In this document: positions 55,416 to 64,000 of the stretch, in pieces | How positions within the stretch are numbered: position 1 is the first letter of the stretch | Layout of the letters: each line of letters begins with the position of its first letter | Notes under the pieces: generated by a model | What the model saw: the letters and a program-made list of their open reading frames with translations, nothing else | What the model was told of the DNA's origin: nothing | Databases searched by the model: none | Assembly (NCBI GenBank): GCA_025361485.1 | Contig: JANYLA010000162.1 | Span: forward strand, 3,969-67,968 | DNA length: 64,000 nt | Source: Bacteroidales bacterium | GTDB lineage: Bacteria > Bacteroidota > Bacteroidia > Bacteroidales > Tenuifilaceae | Direction: 5' to 3' | Made by a program: the position numbers and the translations under genes

Positions 55416-55988
55416 TTATTCAATTTCAATATCGTACTTATCCAATAATCCAATAACATCTGATTTTGAAAATTTTGCTTTCTTGATACGATTATTTTCA
55501 GGATCAAAAGAATAGTTTATTGACGAACGAAAATCAACCTTTTCTAAATTGGTGTTGATGAAAATTACTCTTTGCAAATCGCAATTATCGAAAATTGCAC
55601 CTGATAAATCTGTTTCAGAAAAATCAACATCCTGAAGGTTGCAACTCTTAAATCTAGTTTTCTTGAGTTTCAACTTGAAAAAAGTTGAAAGTTTTAGATT
55701 ACAATTCTCAAAGTTGACAGAAAGCACAAAATCATTACAATCCTTAAAATGCAACCCCAAGAGTTTACAGTCAATAAACTTGATATCGTTAAGAATTGTG
55801 CTATTCAGTTTAGACAAGCTGAAATCACAACCTCGGAACTCACACTCGTTGAAGGTGTAATTAGATAAATTGGTTTCGTAAAAATTACAGTTGATGAATA
55901 CACAGCAATCATACTCTCCTTTAGGGAGTAATGTTTTAGTGAAATCTATCTTCTCAAAAGTTTTATTTTCAGTATACTTTGAATCCAT
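55416..55988 (-). CDS. Pentapeptide repeat protein
   Basis: Tandem A(D/N)LXX-type pentapeptides throughout (NLSNYTFNECEFRGCDFSLSKLNST..., DLSGAIFDNCDLQRVIFINTNLEKVDF). Confidence 0.85.
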   Translation of the reverse strand: MDSKYTENKTFEKIDFTKTLLPKGEYDCCVFINCNFYETNLSNYTFNECEFRGCDFSLSKLNSTILNDIKFIDCKLLGLHFKDCNDFVLSVNFENCNLKLSTFFKLKLKKTRFKSCNLQDVDFSETDLSGAIFDNCDLQRVIFINTNLEKVDFRSSINYSFDPENNRIKKAKFSKSDVIGLLDKYDIEIE

Positions 55989-55997
55989 TGGACAAAC

Positions 55998-56732
55998 TTA
56001 ATTATCGTGCGTTTTTGATGATGTAGAAACCAATCGATTAATTTCTGTCAACTCCTTTTCAGTTAAAAGTCTCCACTTACCGACAGGTAAATCAAGGGTG
56101 ATATTCATTATCCGGATTCTCCTTAACTTAGCCACCTCAAAACCTAGGTATTCGCACATCCTGCGAATTTGCCTATTTAAGCCTTGTATCAGAATAATTT
56201 TAAATGTGTTCTTACTTATTTGCTCAACATGGCACTTACGAGTTATTGTTCCAAGAACAGGAACACCTTTACTCATCCTGCTTATAAACTCTCCATTTAT
56301 CGGTTTATTTACTGTGACAATGTATTCCTTCTCGTGATTATTACCCGCACGAAGAATCTTATTTACAATATCGCCATCGCTTGTTAAGAAAATTAACCCT
56401 TCGCTCATTTTATCTAATCGTCCTATAGGAAAAATTCGTTTTGGGTAGCCAATAAAATCGATAATATTATTTCTTTCAGATTTTACATCGGTAGTACAAA
56501 CAATTCCAACGGGCTTATTAAAAGCAATGTATACAGGTCTTTTTTTGGGTACAGAAATCAGCTCACCATCAACTCGAACATCATCGTCAGAGGTCACTTT
56601 TGTTCCCATATCGGGAATCCTACCGTTAATGGTCACCCGACCATCAAGAATCAGCTTATCCGCCTCTCTACGCGAGCAGAACCCAACTTCGCTTAAATAC
56701 TTATTGATTCTTGTTTCTTGTGATTCTTTCAT
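55998..56732 (-). CDS. rluF: RluF/RluB-type 23S rRNA pseudouridine synthase (S4 domain + RsuA-family catalytic domain)
   Basis: S4 region RINKYLSEVGFCSRREADKLI and catalytic Asp motif GRLDKMSEGL. I prefer the start at MKESQETR (56732). Confidence 0.7.
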   Translation of the reverse strand: MKESQETRINKYLSEVGFCSRREADKLILDGRVTINGRIPDMGTKVTSDDDVRVDGELISVPKKRPVYIAFNKPVGIVCTTDVKSERNNIIDFIGYPKRIFPIGRLDKMSEGLIFLTSDGDIVNKILRAGNNHEKEYIVTVNKPINGEFISRMSKGVPVLGTITRKCHVEQISKNTFKIILIQGLNRQIRRMCEYLGFEVAKLRRIRIMNITLDLPVGKWRLLTEKELTEINRLVSTSSKTHDN

Positions 56733-56795
56733 CGAATTATTTGTAATTCTAAATGCAAAACTAAACAAATAACAATCGGTTAGTATGAAATGCTT

Positions 56796-59207
56796 CTATT
56801 CTGGTAACCTCCCAATATGTAACTCCTTTTGCAACTTCGAAAGATATGAGAATACAGGCAAATTTCGCATCTCTTCAATATTTTTTTGCTTATTCACATT
56901 TACAATAACAATGTCGCCCTTACCCTTTCCATACTCCCCTTTAAAATCGTAAAAGCCGGCCATAATGGTAAGTTTGCCTGAAATTATTAAATCTTTATAT
57001 TTTTTGTATGCAATATTTACTTGATAATCGAGATTCTTTTCAATAACATGAGAATGAAGTTTATCAAAATCTTTAACTGCCGTATATTCTCTAATAATGG
57101 GTTGTAAAAAGTCAAGTTCATGCTTTATTCCATAAGTCTCTTCATCAAATCCTTCGAGGTAAACTTTAATAGCACCGCAATCAGAGTGCCCTAAAAAGAA
57201 TAGCAACGGTGTTTTCAGATGGTAAATACCATAATCAACCGAACCCTCGGTTGATAAAATCTGGTTTCCAATATTCTGTATTGAAAAAACCTTATTAGAA
57301 GTATCGGGCATTAGAGCATTCAACGGAACTCTAGAATCAGAACATGTAACTAAAGTAATATAGGGTTTTTGCGCATAGCCAAAACTCTCGAAATATTCAC
57401 GTGGATGGGTTTCTTTAAAATAGTTATTACCTAAAATAATATGAGAAATAATTTTTTCGATTTGTAATCTTTTGAGTTTTTTAGGTGTTTGTAAAATATC
57501 TGGTTCTCGTTCACCAATAGCGTTTACAACAATATCGTGAAGAGTATCGCGACGGCTTACATGACCTAAAAGATGTTCAATTTTTTCGTGCCTTAAAATA
57601 TCCCGAACCTCTGAATGTGCCTCGGCTACCATTAGCTTAATACTCTTGGCTTCGAGATTTTGATACAATCGCTTTATCAATCGAGCTCCGCTCGAATCGA
57701 TTGTAGCCGATGAACTTAAATCGAAAATTACAGTTTTTAGTGAGTCACCAGATTCTAAAACCTTTGCCCAAACTGTATTATATACCGTTGCAACATTGAA
57801 ATAAACTAAGGTTGATTCAACTCTAAATAAAAGAATACCTGGGATTAATTCATTATCAGGATGACGTCTAATATCGGTATACCTATTGGTACCAGGAATT
57901 CGTCCAAGAAATGCAACATGAGGGCTTGAAACGTTTCTAATCAAAAGAATTAATGAAAATAGAGCTGCAATTAACACGCCCTGTAATATTCCAAAAACTA
58001 TAACACTAATCAAAGCTACCATTGCAATCACAAAATCGAAACGGTTAACCTTGAATAATCGTTTCATCTCCTTGATATCAACCAATCCTTTAATGGCAAT
58101 AAGAACAATTGCAGCTAAAATAACGGTAGGTAAATTTTTGAGTAATCCTGTTAGAAATAAAAGACAAATAGCAATGCTTACTGATGCTACCACAAGGGAT
58201 AATGGTGTTTTTGCTCCTGCCGATTCATTCACTGCCGACTGAGATAAACCGCCACTAACCGGATATCCATTGCCTAAAGATGCGGCTAAGTTAGCAACTC
58301 CTAAAGCAAGTAATTCTTGGCGTGCATCGATATCATATCCATTCTTTTGTGCAAGAGTTTTTGCAGCTGATACGCTCTCGATATAGGCCAAAAGGAAGCA
58401 AGCAAAAGCCAATGGAATAATACTGCCGAAATCATTTAAATTCAGGTTTGGTAGATGCAATTTTGGAAGTCCACTAGGAATAATACCAACAGTCTTAAAA
58501 CCCATTGCACCAAGTGGCGTAAAAGTAATAACAAGAACAGAGATTGCCACAACAACGATAGCAACCGGTTTACCGGGCAATAGTTTATCTCCAAAAAATA
58601 ATAAGGCAATAGCAATAATACCAAAGACTAAAACGTAAATATTTGTATTTGGCAATTGGCCAATTAGTTTAACCAAACGGCTGAAGAAAGTCTCCCCGCC
58701 TCCAGCTACTCCAAAAAGTTTGGGTAGTTGCGTAAGTCCAATAGTTATAGCTGCACCAGCTTTGAAACCCACCAAAACAGTCTCGCTAATAAAATTAATT
58801 ATACTGCTCAATCGAAGAATATAAGCAAGAATACTCATCCCAGCAAAAATGAAAGCTGACAATGATGCTAAATCAATCCAGCGTTGAATATCACCTTTCG
58901 AAAGGCTCGCTAGCGTAACTCCAATAAGCATCGATATTGCAGAGGTTGGACCAACTGCAAGTTGTTTCCCGGTTCCTAGCATGGCATAAAACAAACCCCC
59001 AATAAGGTAACCATAAACACCGTACTGTGGTGGTAGCCCAGCTAGCGTTGCATAAGCCAAAGAAACGGGAATAGCATAAGCAGCCAATGTTAGACCCGAT
59101 ACAGCATCACGTCCAAATAGGTTGAGTGTATATTCCGAAAGCCATTTAATGGCTGGGATATACTTATGTAATTTCTCAGCAAAATATTTTTGAATGCTCA
59201 TAGACAA
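56796..59207 (-). CDS. SulP-family anion transporter fused to STAS and a beta-carbonic anhydrase domain
   Basis: About 430 aa of multi-pass SulP core, then a STAS region, then a C-terminal beta-CA with CSDSR and GHSDCGA zinc-ligand motifs. Confidence 0.8.
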   Translation of the reverse strand: MSMSIQKYFAEKLHKYIPAIKWLSEYTLNLFGRDAVSGLTLAAYAIPVSLAYATLAGLPPQYGVYGYLIGGLFYAMLGTGKQLAVGPTSAISMLIGVTLASLSKGDIQRWIDLASLSAFIFAGMSILAYILRLSSIINFISETVLVGFKAGAAITIGLTQLPKLFGVAGGGETFFSRLVKLIGQLPNTNIYVLVFGIIAIALLFFGDKLLPGKPVAIVVVAISVLVITFTPLGAMGFKTVGIIPSGLPKLHLPNLNLNDFGSIIPLAFACFLLAYIESVSAAKTLAQKNGYDIDARQELLALGVANLAASLGNGYPVSGGLSQSAVNESAGAKTPLSLVVASVSIAICLLFLTGLLKNLPTVILAAIVLIAIKGLVDIKEMKRLFKVNRFDFVIAMVALISVIVFGILQGVLIAALFSLILLIRNVSSPHVAFLGRIPGTNRYTDIRRHPDNELIPGILLFRVESTLVYFNVATVYNTVWAKVLESGDSLKTVIFDLSSSATIDSSGARLIKRLYQNLEAKSIKLMVAEAHSEVRDILRHEKIEHLLGHVSRRDTLHDIVVNAIGEREPDILQTPKKLKRLQIEKIISHIILGNNYFKETHPREYFESFGYAQKPYITLVTCSDSRVPLNALMPDTSNKVFSIQNIGNQILSTEGSVDYGIYHLKTPLLFFLGHSDCGAIKVYLEGFDEETYGIKHELDFLQPIIREYTAVKDFDKLHSHVIEKNLDYQVNIAYKKYKDLIISGKLTIMAGFYDFKGEYGKGKGDIVIVNVNKQKNIEEMRNLPVFSYLSKLQKELHIGRLPE

Positions 59208-59392
59208 TCGTATTGAATTATGAAATTACCAACATGGCTAAAATAATTTAATTCAACGGATTATACAAGATGAGAATCTCTTAAATAATAATTATAAACT
59301 CTCTTGTTACAATTTAACCCTATTTTATCAAAAACCCTGCTGTAAATCATAAAACAAATTGATTCAAAAATCGGGTGTTTCGTAATTTTTAA

Positions 59393-59400
59393 TAATTTTG
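59393..59400 (+). promoter_or_regulatory. Candidate -7 promoter element (TAnnTTTG) of ppdK
   Basis: taattttg lies 69 nt upstream of the ppdK ATG. Confidence 0.3.
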
Positions 59401-59468
59401 TAGGCTCGAAAAAGTTTTCTTTTTCAATGTATTATCAATCAATAGTTAAATTATAAAATCATTCTAAA

Positions 59469-62192
59469 ATGTCTAACGTAAAACGTGTTTACACCTTCGG
59501 GGGCAAGACTGCTGAAGGCAAGGCGGATATGAAAAATCTGCTTGGTGGTAAGGGAGCCAATTTGGCCGAAATGTGTCTTCTAGGACTACCTGTTCCTGCA
59601 GGGTTTACCATTACAACCGAAACCTGTAACGATTACTACACAAATAATTGTCAACTACCAGCCGACCTGCTTGAGCAGGTTTGGAGCGCAATGAAAGTGA
59701 CTGAAAATATCATGGGTATGAAATATGGTGACCCTGAAAATGCTCTTTTACTTAGCTGCCGTTCAGGTGCTCGTAGTTCAATGCCAGGCATGATGGATAC
59801 TGTATTAAATATCGGTTTAAGCACAGCAACCATTCCTGGTCTTCTAAAAAAGACAAACAATCCACGTTTTGTGTACGACTCATATCGTCGTTTAATTATG
59901 ATGTATGCCGATGTTGTTATGGAGAAGGCCGAAGGCCTTGAAACCGATGGTAAGGGCATCCGCAAGCAGCTTGATGATATGCTTGATGAGTTTAAGCATA
60001 GTAAAGGATATAAGTCAGATACTGATTTATCAGCAGATGACCTAAAGCACATTGCCGAAGAGTTCAAAAAACGCGTTAAATCTGCACTTGGAAAAGAGTT
60101 TCCAGATGATGCAAAAGAGCAGCTAATCGGTGGTATTATGGCTGTATTCAAGAGTTGGAATGGTAAAAAAGCTGTTTCGTACCGTCGTATCGAGGGTATT
60201 CCTGATTCATGGGGTACAGCAGTTAACGTACAGTCGATGGTATTTGGTAATATGGGCGATTCATCTGCAACCGGCGTTGCATTCACCCGTAACCCTGCAA
60301 CTGGCGATAATATCTTCTACGGTGAGTGGTTAGTAAACGCTCAAGGTGAAGACGTAGTTGCTGGTATCCGCACTCCAAACCCACTTAACGACGACACAAA
60401 GAACGAGCAGAACAAGCACTTGCACAGCATGCAAGAGTCGATGCCCGGAACATATAAAGAGCTTGACGACATCCGCACTACCCTTGAGAAAGCGTTCAAG
60501 GATATGCTTGACATCGAGTTTACCATTCAAGAAGGCGTTTTATACATGCTACAATGCCGTGCTGGTAAACGTACTGGTACTGCTGCATTGAACATGGCTA
60601 TGGATATGCTACACGAGAAGCTAATTGATGAGAAAACAGCAGTTATGCGTGTTGACCCAGTTCAATTAGACGAATTACTACACCCAATCTGCGATCCAGC
60701 AGCTGAGAAAAAAGTAACCCCAATTGTAAAGGGTTTACCAGCTGGTCCTGGTGCAGCGGTAGGCAAAGTGGTATTTACCGCTGAGGATGCTGTTGCTTGG
60801 TTCCGTAAAGGTGAAAAGGTTATTCTTCTTCGTGAAGAGACCAACCCAGAGGATGTTGAAGGTATGCGTGCTGCTGAAGGTATTTTAACCGCTCGTGGTG
60901 GAATGACCTCACACGCTGCGCTTGTTGCACGTGGTTGGGGTAAATGCTGTATCGTAGGAGCTGGTGGAATGCATGTTGATGTAACTAACAAAATTGCAAA
61001 AATCCCTGGTACTTCTATTGTAATTAAGGAAGGTGATGTCTTGACCCTAAACGGTACTAAAGGTCACGTTTATACTGGTGCAATTACTTTAATGGATGCT
61101 ACCGAAAATCCACGCTTCCAAGAGTTCATGACCATTGTAGACAAGTATCGCAAGATGGGTGTTCGCACAAACGCTGAGACTCCTGCTGATGCTAAGGTTG
61201 CCCGCGAATACGGTGCTGAAGGTATTGGCCTTTTCCGTACAGAACATATGTTCTACGGTATAGGTTCAGAGCAACCGCTATTCTTACTTCGTAAGATGAT
61301 TCTAAGCGAAGGTGAAAAAGAACGTCGTAGCGCATTGAATGAACTATTCGCTTTCGTTAAAAAGGATATCAAGGAAACCATGCTTGCAATGGACACACTC
61401 CCGGTTACCTTCCGTTTGCTTGACCCACCATTACACGAGTTTGTTCCACAAAGCGCTGATAAACAAGCCGAACTTGCAAAAGCATTAGGCATTTCGGCTG
61501 CTGCAGTTGCAAAACGTGGCGAGGCTCTTCATGAGTCTAACCCTATGATGGGACATCGTGGAGTTCGTCTAGGTGTTACCTACCCAGAGGTTTCAGAGAT
61601 GCAGATTCGTGCTATCTTCGAATCGGCTGTTGAGCTGATTAAAGAAGGTCACCAACCACATCCTGAGATTATGGTTCCTGTTACCTGCGATATTTCTGAA
61701 CTTGATTTCACCAAGAAAATTACCGACCGTGTTTACGCTGAGGTTTGCGCTAAATTTGGTGTAAAAGAGATTAAGTACAAGTATGGTACTATGATTGAGA
61801 TTCCACGTGCTTGCTTACTAGCTGACCGCATGGCCAAAACAGCTGAGTTCTTCTCATTTGGTACTAACGATTTAACCCAAATGACATTCGGATTTAGCCG
61901 CGATGATACCGGTGGATTCATGAACGATTATCTTGACAACAAGATTCTTGCAGCCGATCCATTCCAAACTATCGATCAGGATGGTGTTGGACAGCTAATT
62001 GAAATGGCAGTTACCAAAGGTCGTGCTACTCGCAGCGATTTAAAAGTTGGTATTTGCGGTGAACAGGGTGGTGATCCTGCATCGGTTGAGTTCTGCTTCA
62101 AAGCAGGATTAACCTATGTAAGCTGCTCTCCATTCCGAGTTCCAATTGCACGTTTGGCCGCTGCTCAATCAAGCATAAAGTTTGGTAAATAG
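59469..62192 (+). CDS. ppdK: Pyruvate, phosphate dikinase
   Basis: 907 aa. ATP-grasp N-terminus, phosphohistidine motif GGMTSHAALVARG and a PEP-utilising C-terminal TIM barrel (FFSFGTNDLTQ). Confidence 0.95.
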   Translation: MSNVKRVYTFGGKTAEGKADMKNLLGGKGANLAEMCLLGLPVPAGFTITTETCNDYYTNNCQLPADLLEQVWSAMKVTENIMGMKYGDPENALLLSCRSGARSSMPGMMDTVLNIGLSTATIPGLLKKTNNPRFVYDSYRRLIMMYADVVMEKAEGLETDGKGIRKQLDDMLDEFKHSKGYKSDTDLSADDLKHIAEEFKKRVKSALGKEFPDDAKEQLIGGIMAVFKSWNGKKAVSYRRIEGIPDSWGTAVNVQSMVFGNMGDSSATGVAFTRNPATGDNIFYGEWLVNAQGEDVVAGIRTPNPLNDDTKNEQNKHLHSMQESMPGTYKELDDIRTTLEKAFKDMLDIEFTIQEGVLYMLQCRAGKRTGTAALNMAMDMLHEKLIDEKTAVMRVDPVQLDELLHPICDPAAEKKVTPIVKGLPAGPGAAVGKVVFTAEDAVAWFRKGEKVILLREETNPEDVEGMRAAEGILTARGGMTSHAALVARGWGKCCIVGAGGMHVDVTNKIAKIPGTSIVIKEGDVLTLNGTKGHVYTGAITLMDATENPRFQEFMTIVDKYRKMGVRTNAETPADAKVAREYGAEGIGLFRTEHMFYGIGSEQPLFLLRKMILSEGEKERRSALNELFAFVKKDIKETMLAMDTLPVTFRLLDPPLHEFVPQSADKQAELAKALGISAAAVAKRGEALHESNPMMGHRGVRLGVTYPEVSEMQIRAIFESAVELIKEGHQPHPEIMVPVTCDISELDFTKKITDRVYAEVCAKFGVKEIKYKYGTMIEIPRACLLADRMAKTAEFFSFGTNDLTQMTFGFSRDDTGGFMNDYLDNKILAADPFQTIDQDGVGQLIEMAVTKGRATRSDLKVGICGEQGGDPASVEFCFKAGLTYVSCSPFRVPIARLAAAQSSIKFGK

Positions 62193-62213
62193 TAATTCAA
62201 ATAGTTAAATTGA

Positions 62214-62242
62214 AACCGCCTCCTAAAGAGGCGGTTTTTTTA
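62214..62242 (+). terminator. Rho-independent terminator after ppdK
   Basis: aaaccgcctc / gaggcggttt 10-bp stem followed by a T-run. Confidence 0.85.
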
Positions 62243-62271
62243 TATTGTGTTTATTCTAGTAATCAAAAGCG

Positions 62272-62883
62272 TTATAAATACTTATTTTGAAAGGCAATTT
62301 TAATAAGCGAAGCCGTGTTTTTAGCATCTAGTTTTACAATGAGATTCTTACGATGGCTATCCACTGTAAGTGGGCTTATAAAAAGTTTATCAGCAATTTC
62401 AGGATTAGTAAAACCATCTGAAATAAACTTAAGCACCTCTAATTCTCTTCGGGTAAGAATTGAATGGTTGCTATTTTTTTTATTTAATATATTCTGAGTC
62501 TCTTCGCATAAGTACTTTTTACCCGATAATACAACTGTTACAGCTTCAATTATCTCTCCCTCAGATGCATTTTTTAGAACATAGCCCATTGCTCCATTCT
62601 CCATCATTTGCATTACAAGGCTCTGCTCTTTATATGAACTGATAGCCAGAATTTTCATAAATGGCTTCATATTTAAAATAGTCTTGCATAGATCAAGTCC
62701 ATTCCCATCGGGTAAATTATAATCCAACAAAATCAGATCAGGGGTAATCACGTTTAAAGTAAGAAGGCAATCTTTAACAGTATTCGCTACCAAGCAGTTT
62801 GCTGTAATGCCTTTATCGCACAATAGTTTTTGCAATCCTTCGACAACTACAGGATGATCTTCGACGATTAGAATGTTCGGCAT
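62272..62883 (-). CDS. NarL/LuxR-family response regulator (REC + LuxR HTH)
   Basis: ILIVEDHPVV, phospho-acceptor context LILLDYNLPDG, and LuxR HTH LTRRELEVLKFISDGFTNPEIADKLFISPLTVDSHRKNL. I prefer the start at MPNILIV (62883). Confidence 0.85.
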   Translation of the reverse strand: MPNILIVEDHPVVVEGLQKLLCDKGITANCLVANTVKDCLLTLNVITPDLILLDYNLPDGNGLDLCKTILNMKPFMKILAISSYKEQSLVMQMMENGAMGYVLKNASEGEIIEAVTVVLSGKKYLCEETQNILNKKNSNHSILTRRELEVLKFISDGFTNPEIADKLFISPLTVDSHRKNLIVKLDAKNTASLIKIAFQNKYL

Positions 62884-62943
62884 TTGAAATAGTAAGAAAA
62901 CAAATGTAACAGATAAAGACCGATAATACAATGCTATCTATTT

Positions 62944-63411
62944 TTACAATAGAATAAACTCAATAATAAATTCACTGCCTTTGCCAAATTCAGAGGAAAT
63001 ATCTATTCTTCCATTCAATGTCTCAATCCTCGATTTAACGCTATTCAACCCAATTCCTTTGCCCTGACCAATCGCACTAACATCAAACCCTTTGCCGTTA
63101 TCCTCAACAATTAAACAAAGCCTATGTGGTTCCTGTACCATCTGAACAATCAATTTATCGGCTTGAGAATGTTTAACCGCATTATTAACTAACTCCTGAA
63201 TTATCCTGTAAATCCCTATTTCAAATTTTTGTTCCAATCGTTCGAACTGACCAACAAACTGAAACCGAACAGTCATGGAATTCGATGCATTCATATTGTC
63301 ACAAAAATCGCTTAATGCACCTTTTAAACCCATTTTCACAAGCGTTTCAGGCATCATATTGTGAGCCACTCTTCTCAATTCATTTATCGATGAATCGCTT
63401 AAGTATCCAAG
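62944..63411 (-). pseudogene. 5'-truncated HisKA_3-type sensor histidine kinase (only the end of the dimerisation region plus HATPase_c remain)
   Basis: N-box QELVNNAVKHS and G-boxes EDNGKGF and GKGIGLNS are present. The frame is closed by a TGA at 63412-14. No H-box (..HD..) or sensor region is encoded upstream in any frame. The ORF-track start at 63378 is TTG. Confidence 0.6.
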
Positions 63412-63454
63412 TCAATTACAAGTTATTAGAAACTATGAAAATGCGATTACCAAA

Positions 63455-63976
63455 TTGGGAGGGAAAAAAATTTATGTTGACAATCAAAATTTAACTTACT
63501 CATTAAAAAAGAACTCAAAGGAATATATTATCTGTGTAGAAATGACCAATGGGAATATCATACACACCCTTTACGTTCTGGAAGTTGGACAAATGACACA
63601 AGAGATTACTGCCAACGAGATGCTCGATGCACTGAATAAGGACGGTTATATTGCGTTGAATATCCTTTTCGAAACGGGTAAATCAACCATTCAAAAAGAA
63701 TCGATTCCGATTGTAGATCAATTCTTCGAATTGATGAAAAGTAACTCAGCGCTAAAGGTAAGTGTTGAAGGTCATACCGATAATGTAGGCGATGCTGCTA
63801 GCAATAAAAAACTCTCCAACGACCGGGCAAAATCGGTTATGAATGCATTAATTGCTAAAGGAATTGCTGGTACAAGATTATCTTTTACTGGCTGGGGACA
63901 GGAGAAACCAGTTGCCGATAACAGAACCGAAGATGGTAGGGTTCAAAACAGACGAGTTGAAATAGTTAAAAGATAG
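63455..63976 (+). CDS. OmpA-family C-terminal (peptidoglycan-binding) domain protein, apparently lacking signal peptide and N-terminus
   Basis: ILFETGKSTI...VEGHTDNVGDAASNKKLSNDRAKSV...NRRVEIV is a canonical OmpA_C domain. The frame is open back to 63365 with no ATG and no signal peptide. The ORF-track start is TTG. Confidence 0.6.
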   Translation: MGGKKIYVDNQNLTYSLKKNSKEYIICVEMTNGNIIHTLYVLEVGQMTQEITANEMLDALNKDGYIALNILFETGKSTIQKESIPIVDQFFELMKSNSALKVSVEGHTDNVGDAASNKKLSNDRAKSVMNALIAKGIAGTRLSFTGWGQEKPVADNRTEDGRVQNRRVEIVKR

Positions 63977-64000
63977 ACCCAACAAACACCAACAAAACGA

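Noticed and set aside
59651-61921. Multiple antisense and alternative-frame ORFs inside ppdK (for example 59651-60286, 60662-60991)
   Set aside because: All lie within the strongly supported ppdK frame. Their products are low-complexity Ser/Pro/Ala-rich, as expected from the reverse strand of a relatively GC-rich, highly expressed gene.

Overview
This is an AT-rich chromosomal window, most likely from a member of the Bacteroidota. Supporting evidence: a T9SS C-terminal sorting domain, TAnnTTTG-type promoter motifs, dapB-lepB-wbqC and thrS-infC-rpmI-rplT synteny, and a CI-like HTH/S24 repressor of the 'non-canonical LexA' type. Most of it is housekeeping. It holds the last 6.6 kb of a giant secreted S8 protease, a SPOR-Wza-Wzc polysaccharide export operon, a thioesterase, an OYE reductase, lysC-lysA, nth, an ABC-F ATPase, tilS, pabB and a peroxiredoxin. 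It also holds an Omp85-like barrel, proS, a lipoprotein/FadL-like pair, DPP-IV, two tRNA-Leu genes, pfs plus a B12-binding radical SAM gene, and a LexA-like repressor plus a DNA-repair radical SAM gene. The right end carries a SulP-STAS-beta-carbonic-anhydrase fusion, ppdK and a decayed two-component system. The most unusual stretch is the accessory-looking region just after the tRNA-Leu pair (about 41.4-47.7 kb). It contains three small orphan ORFs, an ECF-like sigma factor, a TPR anti-sigma-like membrane protein and a periplasmic TPR-CHAT protease. Directly upstream of the CHAT gene is a 55-aa double-glycine-leader peptide gene with its own terminator that is absent from the ORF track. I flag this as a candidate peptide/CHAT-protease/sigma signalling module. 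Other items worth a second look: a Lys/Met-rich leader peptide with terminator/antiterminator upstream of lysC-lysA; a dispersed family of heptamer-periodic tracts (AGAC-N3 and GAGAAGT types) sitting just after stop codons and upstream of both halves of a split DNA-repair gene pair; a 375-nt hairpin-rich spacer between pfs and the radical SAM gene; and two 5'-truncated genes abutting head to head near 63.4 kb. No rRNA, CRISPR array, transposase or integrase was seen.
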